Source of the DNA: Laetmonice hystrix
Lineage: Eukaryota
Length of the DNA: 64,000 nucleotides
NCBI GenBank assembly: GCA_965235115.1
Contig: OZ249436.1
Location: 37,326,001 to 37,390,000, forward strand
Direction: 5' to 3'
The number at the start of each line of letters is the position of its first letter. The stretch's first letter is position 1. The notes beneath the pieces were generated by a model that was not told the DNA's origin, searched no databases, and saw only the letters and a program-made list of their open reading frames with translations. The translations under genes and the position numbers were made by a program. Shown one piece after another: positions 11,831 through 22,258 of the stretch.

Positions 11831-14541
11831 TCCACTAGGTGTACCTTCAAATACTTTGTAATTGCCTTTTCCCCCTTCACGGTTTTTGCACCGATGTCAG
11901 ATCGTGGCAGGTCGTAGGGAAGACTTGAGCGTGTCTTTGGTGTAGTTGTGGGGGAAGTCCTGAACAATTGCAAAAGTTAGCAACAAAGTCGTTGTCCCAT
12001 TTTCGTCGTGGTGCAAGTTTCAAAATGTTCAAAAAGATCGTGGCGCTTTACACGCTCGCCATGGATCATCATATGTCATAGACAGTGGTGTTGTAGTAGT
12101 GTAGTGACGTCACACGTCGTGTAAAGCCTACCTCACACAGTTAACACTACACGATTTTCAAACGACATGACAATATATGTGAGACACGACAAGACAGAAC
12201 AAATTTTCTTGTGTTATCGTAAAGCCGCCTCACACATCTAATACTATTTACACCTAACAACTAGAAAGTTATCGCCCTATTCGCGCCTGAGTAGGGGAAT
12301 GCTATACAGATGGCCGTATGATCTGCATCATCATTATTTAAAACCCATGGTTGGCCTTTAGTAATCTACCCCACTCGTAGCAATCCCACCTCAGTTGAAT
12401 CATAAGCAGGCTCATAACTTCAGCAACGGCCACTAGGGGGATGCATTTTACTGTGACGCCACCTGGTGTGATAAATGTGCATCCACTCACCTTGTGTTTG
12501 AACCGGCCGCGCAAAGCTCCGAGGGTGTTGCGGTCAGTAGCTTCAAGGAAACGCCGCCCTTCTCGTACTAGCATGAGCTGTACGTACAATCTCTACAGCA
12601 AACGAGTCACTAATCGCTTATCATTCACGGAAGTCATTTTTTTCTATTTTTAGGAGTTCACTCCTGTTTAAATTAATATATTTTAAAATTCTGTATTTGG
12701 CACACACACCCAGGCACTGGTATAGTCACTGCAGTTAGAATCAAAATGTATGTTCATTCACGGAGGCATAGATCCTTGGGATGTACACACACGCCGAGAG
12801 TTTATTTTCTCACCGTGTTGTTCCTGTCGCTCCGACACGTATCAAAAGCCTGCTAAGTTCGGAGTGCTGGTACAACCAAGGTATAGTAGATGTTGGCCTC
12901 AAGCCAGGGCAAGGCTCGCAGCCGTGGCTCAGATCCACATTGGCGACAGGCAGCTGGCTTGGGGGGATCTTCTCAGATCTCTTTGCACCGCCGTTGTGTA
13001 AATTCTCCAAATTATAGTAATATATGGTAGTAATGTTTACATGATGGAAATGGTACTCCAGTGGAGGTCAATGGTACAGTAGGCGAGGCAATGGGACCAC
13101 TAGGAGATGTCTGCTCTCAGTAATCAATACGAGCCTGGATTTACCGGGTTGTCTCAAGCGAGGCGGACGAACGATGGTCAGAAAGCCAGGCTTAGAGGAT
13201 GAGTAGAGCAGCTCGGTGGCCGGTCGTTGTTAGGTGATAATGTCGGTGCCACGGTGGGCTGGGAGGCCGGCTAGCCACGTGCTTCGTTGTCGGTCGCAGG
13301 CCCGAAATCTCTGTTATGGAGGTCGTAGTGCTCAGCATCCGAGGCGGTGGCAGCAGCAGCAGCGGTAGCAGCGGCAACTTCTGCTGAAATATACGGGATC
13401 AATGCTTGAGACATTGAGTATGCCTGTGAACTATTACAGTCACAATAGTGGCTGACGAGATAAGTTAATCCCGTTACCCCAGTGTAATATTCATGATAAT
13501 TAGACCCGCACGTAAATTACTTTCTATGTCACACTGAGGCTGAACTTGCAATGGTTATACCATTAATTGGAATGTAAACTCTTTTCTCCATATATTCGCA
13601 CCACGCCCAACAAATCTCTGGGGGTTGTCATGGGAACAGGCCCATGTTTACGTTAAAGGGATGTAAACCGCAAACGTTACGGAACATCATTTTGTTGGAT
13701 TTCACTTTCTACATTTTTGGCCCTCTTATTTTTTAAGCGGGGCCCTCGAATTCTGCTTTCTACCTCCCCTATACCAGTACCTTCTAGTTCTTCTAAGTTC
13801 TAGCTAAAATGTAGGAGTGACTCTACTCTCCTATAAATTATAATCCTTGGTCAAAATACCGGGCACGTCATCAATCCGGAGTTTGTCAGTAGTATATGAA
13901 AATGGCAGTGTTAATACGGTTAGCTAAACGTTACGCAGGACTATCAATATGTAGACTATATTGATTTTTGTTATGTTTCGGGAGGGGAAATTTAAATAGT
14001 AAGTAAAATATTACATTTGTTACAGTCAAAGTTGGTAGACTTAAAGATTAAAAAATATATAATATTGTTCAAAACGTTACTGACTTCTGAATTTTATGCA
14101 GGCCTAGGCCTATAGGTTACTGAACATTATTTTACATCTCCGGAAGAGCCGGGAACCAAACCAATCCTCCTTTAAATTTTATCGTTTTTCTTCATCAAGC
14201 TCAGAGCAGGTAAATCGACACTGTGGCTAATGGCCAATTCGTGTTCGTGATCCTAAGCTTTCGATACCACAGATCTGGAGGCCATCACATCCAGGAAAAC
14301 TCTGATACCCTGGGTAAAATTTGAACCTCGAAGGTTGCCAATTTCATGTTTATCGATTTGATCACTGCATCAAACAGGACCTAAGCCTAAGCCTAAGTAA
14401 GGTCAGACAGCCGACCCTATCATGTGAACAGATTCGAGGCCGAAAGGGCCTTTTGGCAATATTGCGTAGCAATCTGCATTCTAGTTCTCCCACACACATT
14501 TCAGGCACGGCAGAAGCAATTTCGGATTGGGGGGGGGGGGG

Positions 14542-15267
14542 CAGGCGCGGATCCAGGAAATGTGAGGGGGGGCCCATTGGGCTAAGGCCAACCTACGAGC
14601 GCCGAACTGAGGCGCAAAGTCCCTCCCCCAAACAATTTTGAAAAATAGGTACTCAGAAACTCGTTCATATGGCGTTTTGGGACCCAACAGAATCTCTATG
14701 AATAGCTAGGCTGATTTTTTCACAATTTAGCCGGCCTATTCAGAAACTTTCTCTGAGGAAGAAATTTTCAGGCTGATTTAAAGGATTTAATTCAATTATT
14801 TTATATAAATTTTACAAATTGGCGAAACTATTGTAGATACGATTATGTTCCGTAACACTGCCTACTTGCCTATTTCAATTTCTTAAGTACTTTTTTAAAA
14901 CATGTAAAAAAAAAAAACCCAGAAAATCTCATTCTGGAAAGATCGACATAGGCTACGTCTTTTTTCAGATCTGCAGACAACATTTAACCTTCTTCACTTG
15001 CCAGAGGCTGAACTGAAGCTGTAAAAGCAGAAGTTGGAAGATCTCTGCCTAGGCCTACACCAAAGAGCGTATGATAAATTCATTCATCGGTCTTTGCCTA
15101 ACCACGCCCCTGGCCATGTGACAGCCAGGATACCAGCAAAGATAGATCTACTGCTAGGACCTAACGTTAGGGCTAGGCTGTTCAGTCCACACTGTAAAAT
15201 TATTTTTTGATCGTCGGGGTGGGGGGGGGGGGGGCTGGCCTGGGCTCCCCCCGTGGATCCGCCACCG
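14542..15267. mobile_element. hAT-like MITE with poly-G/C subterminal tracts
   Basis: Imperfect TIRs caggcgcggatcca / tggatccgccaccg; related ends at ~15.3-15.45, ~21.17 and 29.52-29.68 kb. Confidence 0.5.
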
Positions 15268-16300
15268 CCACCGGGGGAGCCGAAGGGGGCCTTGCCCCCC
15301 CCCCCCCCTCCAATTGCCCCAATAAAGATTGAACTTTCATTAGGCCTATACAAACACTTGAACAGTGAAACACAATGACTCATGTCATGAGACGACTGTG
15401 TCGCGGATCTTGCCCCCCACCCCTTCAGAAAAACCGGCTACGCCCCTGAGTAGGGGGCCTAATCTAACGCTAGGCCTAACGTTATAAAGTGGTTTAGATT
15501 AGAGCCTAGAGAGTCGCCAAGTCTCGACATACCCGCTACGTGAAATCATTCTATGTCTATGGTGAAATGTAAGCGTCCTCACCACATCAGCCTGATCAGG
15601 CTCATTCATGAATCATGTTTACACTTGACGCCCGCGGCACACTGTGTAGTGGAGGCGGGATCAATACGTCATACCACGTGCTGATTCATGGTTTGTGACG
15701 TCATAGGCCGATTGTAATCACGATGATTGTGTGACGTTAAGACGTTCGTTTGTCAAGTACTATGACGTGTCATGACAAGCACATTGTCACTAACCACAGA
15801 TGCACAGATGATTTGCTGGGGTGAAACGGGCGGCAGAGCTGGCCACCCACAAACGCCGCCCGCTTTTCATAATGCAGTCTTAAAATTAGGCAGGTTGGGA
15901 AAATCAAATATAATATTAGGCCTAAGTAGACCTAGCCACACCTCTCCTTTAGGCTTTATTTCTTCGTTTATTTGCACTAGGCCGGTGGGTAAGGTCGGGT
16001 AGTATGGGCACCCTTTTTACATATAGTCTAGGCCTAGGCCTATTTGGTTGTCGAATGAAAGAAACGTATGAATTGATAGTAGGGCCTACATCCGTCTAAA
16101 GTTTATATGAAACAGTTTTGATTTCTCAAGAACATAAGCTATTCATAAACTCGTTTACTGTTCGCTTTTTTTAAAAATCGAAGATATAAAATTTCGTCAA
16201 ACATGCCCATATTACCCGAGAGCGTGGGAAATATGGGCACCCGTGCTCATATTACACTCTCAACGGGATGCCCATAACCTATTTGTTATGGGAAGGAGTA

Positions 16301-16926
16301 GGGGAAGGTGGGGTAAAATGGCCTAGGCGGGTCATATGGCCCACCCCATTATCTGAGCTGTTAGCTGCTGCCATCTAGCGTTGACTATATGTACTGTTAG
16401 TCTATGTGATGTACGTCTTGGAACAAGCCATGCAGACGACGTCAGTTCATCCAGTGCCCGACAGATGATCGAAGTCAAAAAGTGACGTCTCTGACCTAAG
16501 ATAGGCCTTAGTATGGCAGACTAGATGTCATCACTTGTAATCAAGACAGCCTGGAGTGATTGTACCCATTGATAAGTCAGTTAGTAAATTAATTTATAGG
16601 ATAAAAGAATCCAACTCTCTCATGCGTACCTCTTGTATGACATTTACAGAACATGTGAGTTGGCAGGTGGGGCAATATTAATTTTACCCCATATAGGTGG
16701 GCCATTTTGTACCCATTGGGCAAAATGGCCCACTTTGGCAAAATATTTCTTGGCCGCAGATTTTCCTGGAAATGGCTTGTAGGATTCATGTTCACTTCAT
16801 CTATGTTGCTGCTGATAAGGTCATGTTTCAATTGCATAGATCTATAGTCAGCTCCTCTTCGTAGTGCATTAACTTATGTAAAAATCACCCTGAAGCTTAA
16901 GGTGGCCATTTTACCCCACCTTCCCC
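16301..16926. mobile_element. MITE with perfect 23-bp TIRs and TA TSD
   Basis: TA-ggggaaggtggggtaaaatggcc ... ggccattttaccccaccttcccc-TA; empty site reconstructs as agTAct. Confidence 0.88.
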
Positions 16927-17388
16927 TACTGTTGAAATGGAAAGGGCGCATAATCCAGTTGAATACCTAAAACCGCTATACCCTAAATTTAACAGACCAC
17001 AACATGATCCAATTCTAGAATTTCAGCAGACCTAGATCTACATTAGTAGGCCTAACCACATTCGAATATTTCTGAATAATATTGATAATCGAATGTTCAG
17101 TGTGCCCATATTACCATTAACCGTTTATAATGTAGGCCTAGGCCTAGATCTATGTATGGAAGACAAATGGAGGGTAATAATTATGAGCATCGTATAGCCG
17201 CCTTTAGCCTACATTATGGTCTACTTCAAGTGGACCGTGCTCGGACCGGACCGGGTCCACCTGAGTGGCACCGTTTACACTACACAGTTTGTAGGGCCCC
17301 CCCCCCCCCCCTACTATCTGGGCCGGGGACGATGAGTCGCCTCGAGTCACGACCGGAAACCTCACTCGCCGCGTTTACATCACGGTCC

Positions 17389-17390
<2 letters not shown>

Positions 17391-17421
<31 letters not shown>

Positions 17422-19076
17422 TTCCACAACAATCGCCTAGTCGGCGTTCTTCCTTGTGTGCGGGTGGTCAAAGGAGTCATACATGATTACAGGATTACCG
17501 TTCATACATGTGACAAACATTAAACTCCCAATAAACAAATCAAATCAAATCAAATCAAACAAATCTAATCAAAGCAGAACTCAAAATGTGAGAGGACTCA
17601 TACATGATCACTACTATTCATACAGACGCTACTATTGTAATGAACTCCCATTAAACAAATCAAAATCAAATCTAATCAAACAAGTCCAATCAAAATATAA
17701 TCAAAATACAAACAAATCACGAAACAAACATAAGTCGAAATGATCAACATAATGGATATAACACAGATGATTAGTTGGGTTTCGGGTGTGCGGTTGCGTT
17801 TAAATAATGTCTCAGGTATTAATAGTTAATCAAGGGATTACAGGAATTGGGCTATTGCTCTTTTAAACGTTTGTGAGCAACGAATACTCTGTACATCAGT
17901 GTGGAGCCTGTCCCACAGCTTTAGGCCTCGGTGCATGGGGCTTCTGTTATAGAAGGCATTAGTGGCTCGCCGGTGTACAAAATGTAATTTTCGGTCTCCA
18001 CGTGTTCGTAGTCTGGGGTTAACAACTGCCTCCCCCAACATGGCTTTTTTGTGCATAATCATTAACATTTGTCGTTCTCTTCGGACTGATAGGTAATCAA
18101 CTCTATTACATGTATGTAGGTCAGAGACAGAGAGCTCGCGCGTTCGCACTCGCAGGCAAATGCGAAGTGCTCGATTTTGTAATTTTTGTAATCGTTCATA
18201 CTCCACACGGTTGGCACCTTCATGAACGAAAGAACAATAGTCAAAGATTGGGAGAATAGTTTGCTTGTACACTGCTTGACACGCTCCTTTTGTTAAAGAA
18301 TTCCGTAGTTTACTCAATTTAAAGATTCTATAGTTTGCCTGTTTAGCAACTTTGTTTATATTGCACTTGAACGTGAGTTCGCAATCAAGTTCAACCCCTA
18401 AATAGCAATATGTCGTTGTGGTAGGTAATAACGTATTACCCATAGTAATTTCTAGTTCATCTGGGTTATGGAACTTATTTAATGACCCGAACCACATGAC
18501 CATGGTTTTCTTCTTATTAACGGTGAGGCCATTTTTGACCGTCCAGTAGTGTAGGCGGTTAATGTCTTCCTGTAACATGGCTTCTGCTGTCGCAGGAGTC
18601 TCAGCACTTACATATAACATTAAATCGTCTGCAAACATGGGACCTTGACAGTGTATAAGTACCTGCGTTATCTCGTTTATAAACAGGTTAAACAGAAGCG
18701 GCCCCAGGGTTGACCCTTGCGGTACACCGAATTTGACGTCTCTTACCGCTGATCTCTCATTGTTAACTAGTGCACACTGTTTTCGATCACTTATATAGCT
18801 AATTAACCATTCCAACACGTTTTCGGGAATACCAATTTGTGACAGTTTGCGTGAAAGTAATGTGATAGAAACACTATCAAAGGCCTTTTGGAAATCCACA
18901 AATGCTGCAGCCGTTATCAGGCCCTGGTCTCTTGCAGTGTAAAGGTCATTGGTAACTTTAAACACGGCCTCACTCGTACTACGCCCTCTGCGAAATCCAT
19001 ACTGTTGTTTTGGAAAGAAGTTCTTCTCCTCGAGTAATGTAGTTAAATAACTATGTACGATTTTCTCCATTATTTT
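17391..19076 (-). mobile_element. 5'-truncated non-LTR retrotransposon (L2/CR1-group-like LINE) with poly(A) tail
   Basis: 29-nt T run at 17391-17419 (minus-strand AATAAA running into poly-A), ~420-bp 3'UTR, uninterrupted RT frame. Confidence 0.92.
17838..19076 (-). pseudogene. LINE ORF2 reverse transcriptase domain and C-terminus (endonuclease lost by 5' truncation)
   Basis: Motifs QYGFRRGRST, FVDFQKAFDSV, GVPQGSTLGPLLF, MFADD, N.KKT, YCYLGV, ILPIFDYC; no internal stops. Confidence 0.92.
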
Positions 19077-19766
19077 CAAGTGGACCGTGCTCGGACCGGA
19101 CCGAATTGCGCGCATGTGCAGTACCGTCTCACTGCAGACAAGTTGACTGGGCCCGGTAGGCTACCCTGTGTGACACGTTTACACTGCCACTTATGGGCGG
19201 GGTACCGTCCTCGGTCCGCACAGAGATCACCTCCTTCTGGGGTATATCGGACCGGTCCACTTTAGGTCCAGACTCACAGGTAAATGTAAACGGGGCTGTC
19301 ATTTAGGTAGTAGTGTCGGGGTCCCATTTTTTTCAAATTGATCTGATAGTTTTGTATGATATAAAGTCCATTCATGATTGTCAGTAACCTCCGACATAGG
19401 CCGTCTAAATTGCAAGAATACCAAACGTTTAATGCCTTATGATGCATGGAGCACTTTAATTTCACACATGTTGACGCAACCACATGTCAACTGTAGGCCT
19501 ACTATATTTTATAATCTGTCTTACTTTTACCACAACAACGAAAGTTCTCACGACTAAATGCTACCAGTGTTCCTATACTCACCAGGACGGACCGTTGTAG
19601 ACGGATTGTGGACCCTTTTTCTCTTTCCGTAGACTTAAGGAAAGAGAAATGGGTCCACAATCCTGTTAGCGGCAAGTAGGGCCTACAAGACTGTGCGGCG
19701 GAATAAATTTGTACATGTTCTCCCGAGGACACCTTTGCAACGCGTAGACTCTATGATCAAAACTTT

Positions 19767-20203
19767 TTAACACAAGTCACATTGAAAGGAAAATTGATCT
19801 TTTCCGACGCCGGCACATTCACCGTGCATCAATGCTTTGCAATATTAGGCTAACACTATAGGCCTATCCAAAACCGTCCAAAACTCTGGCTTCGTTGTTG
19901 AGAATGTTTTCTCTTCCCAGTCTTCGTTATTTCGCCCCCTTTCTTGTCAGTAGCTTTGGGCCCACTTGGCTGGGTGTTTCTTGTTTTTTTGTTGGATGCA
20001 CACTTAATTCCATCAGTAGATATTTCTAGGCCTAGATCTAGGCCTATAGGCCTCTTCTTCCTACACACCATCTCAGATTTTGCTTTGGCACTTGATCTTT
20101 TTTTCTTTGCCTCGACTTCCAGTTTATGGGGAGAACTTGTTATAATATAATGTATAGCATGACGGATCTTTCGCTTTTTGGTCGTTGCTTTGGGTTGAGC
20201 CAT
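19767..20203 (-). pseudogene. Remnant of pogo-like transposase C-terminus (IITSSP + K-rich tract + PHD-type Zn finger)
   Basis: ORF has KKRK...IITSSPHKLEVEAKKKR; after frameshifts 19844-19767 reads YCKALMHGECAGVGKDQFSFQCDLC*, preceded by FWI. Confidence 0.65.
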
Positions 20204-21355
20204 TGTCCTTGGACATTGTAATCAGATCATGGAATGACACTGCATCATTAGGAGTAGGCCTAGACCTCTCTATAGGCCTACTATAGGCCCTAAGTGCAAT
20301 AAATTCAGCGCGGATAATATGGGCACCACTTGGGGTAATATGAGCACCGTGCTCATATTGGATTTTTTCGTGGGGCCCATATTACCCAGCGGGATAGCGC
20401 GCCAAATTCTTCGCCGGCATCAAATACACGATCGGTATTCGCCTATTATCGTCATCGCTGCTCTTTCTTCGGAAGGTTTGCAACCTCTCAAAACTCTAAT
20501 GACCACCATACTCCAATTTCTTCAGAATCTAGAAGGCATCATGTTCATAGAAAAATCTTAAGGAAATGAACAAAAAAACAGGCAAAGCGACTCACCTCAA
20601 CGATCTTAACAACCTTGACAATCAAAGACGCGCGTCATCAACGTCATAAACCGAACTACAGTGTAACGCAAGGTGGCAGCACCAATTCTGCATAGATTAT
20701 GAAATATGCGGGGTGCCCACATTACCCGCTATGCCCATATTACCCGACCTTACCCTACTGCGGTAGGCTTTTCGAGCTTGATCTATCCATTTCATTTCAT
20801 TGGAGGAAGAAGGAGGTCGAGGTGGACGCTTTTTGGCCTTCCTAATTCAAAAGTTTTCTGGGGAGGACCCAGAGCACACCCCCCGCATGCTATGGATAGG
20901 CTAGGCCTAAATGCTTTGAGAAACTTCAGATGCCAGAACTTCTTCAGATGCCAGGAAATAGCGGGGGGGGGGGGGTTGGGGGTTGGCCTTCTTTTAGCCT
21001 AGGCCTAATTCAAATAGCCTATCTTCTGCCAGAACTTCTGGGGAGCCCCCCCCCCCCCCCCCCCACGTAGCCTATGCACCATAGTCTGACCTCACGTGCA
21101 TGACATCATTAGGTCATAACATAGTCTAGACCTATTGGACCCCCCCCCCCTTCAAAAAACTGGATCTGCCCTTGAGGAGCACCCCCGTTTGGCGTTAAGG
21201 GGGTGGGGGGTAGGCATCTGGTAGGCAGGGGACCAGGCTATGAACACCCCTCTAGATTCTTTGTTTACTTTCAACAATAATTTATTTACATAAGAAGTTA
21301 ATTTTGGGTCTAGAACTCCTTGGTTTCTTTCGAGAAAAAATAATCAACCGAGGGG

Positions 21356-21403
21356 TGCTATCAATAAACCCCCTCGCTATCACTCGGGGGTTTATTGATA
21401 GCA
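21356..21403. repeat. Perfect 18-bp hairpin with 12-nt loop
   Basis: tgctatcaataaaccccc / gggggtttattgatagca. Confidence 0.85.
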
Positions 21404-21450
21404 ACACGAGCAAAAACAGTATTTCAACCGTACAAAATACAAGTTACAAG

Positions 21451-21515
21451 CGTGGCCGAATGGGCAGAGAGGCAGACCTATGATCCGGACATCCACTGTT
21501 CGAATGCCACCAGCA
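21451..21515 (+). mobile_element. tRNA-like SINE head fragment
   Basis: A-box TGGCCGAATGG and B-box-like GTTCGAATGCC at tRNA-like spacing; no convincing cloverleaf. Confidence 0.45.
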
Positions 21516-22012
21516 GCGCCCAAAAGGCATACGGGTCTCGGAGTCAGTAACCACTCAACCATACCGGCGATATCATGGCTAAAATAAAATGGACATATCC
21601 AAGTGGATTACTCTTTTAAATTACATACAGGCGTATTCCACGGGTCATATCCACGTGTATTCCACGGGAAATCCATGAGTTTCGCCTGCTGGGTATTAAC
21701 CAAAATAATGGTTGTGATGACGGTGCATATTGGTCAACAAACCACCAATCCACATTTGGTTAATAGGGTATAACGATATTGGATTGGTTATTTTAACCAT
21801 GAGATCGATTGGACACATATCCATGCAGAAGATTGGTTGATTTTAACCAGGATCCTGGTTGTTTTAACCAATCTGTTTTTAGAGTGTAGGCCTATAACAA
21901 AAGGTTTAGCCTAAAAAAAAGTCACCCTCGAAGCTACACTGCCGTTACAGTCAGGCATGAGCTACAGTCAGGCTGCCATTGTGAGTTTGTCTTGACTTTG
22001 GGTCCGCCCCTC

Positions 22013-22258
22013 CTACAAACCTATAAAGATTAGGCTAAACCCAACTTGTATTTTGCCCAGTTGTCGGAACAATTGGCAGCACAACGTACAACAGGCTTGT
22101 GCCAAGTTGTGGGCGGTGGCTCCCAGACCCAGTGGCAGAGCGCTCTCTGGCCGTGACAAATATTTTTCGGATGCTGCTGAGTGCTGATTACTCCAAGGAA
22201 ACTCAAATAATTTGTTGTCCTGGTGGTCACAGAACATAGCTACACACCGTCGGGACAT
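22013..22258 (-). pseudogene. Frameshifted THAP zinc-finger remnant, probably transposon-borne (Kolobok-like)
   Basis: MSRRCVAMFC...LFEFP, then in another frame W.PPP...C...NWAKYKLGLA; upstream TGACGTCA and a TTAA-AGATG terminus at 22515. Confidence 0.55.

Larger units (their letters stand above)
17368..19296. mobile_element. Small PIF/Harbinger-like MITE interrupted by a LINE; a second partial copy starts at 17197
   Basis: TIRs gccgcgtttacat (17368-17380) / atgtaaacggggc (19284-19296); internal gtttacac and ggaccg/cggtcc motifs. Confidence 0.6.
15987..20755 (-). mobile_element. Decayed pogo-like (Tc1/mariner superfamily) DNA transposon hosting nested insertions
   Basis: TIRs gggtaaggtcgggtagtatgggca (15987-16010) / tgcccatattacccgaccttaccc (to 20755) followed by TA; internal gcccatattaccc repeats; transposase C-terminal remnant at 19767-20203. 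Confidence 0.75.

Noticed and set aside
19077..19115. N-terminal MRAIRSGPSTVHL of the RT ORF
   Set aside because: Read-through from the flanking MITE, not LINE sequence
21451..21515. Functional tRNA gene
   Set aside because: A/B boxes present but acceptor and anticodon stems do not pair convincingly; treated as SINE head
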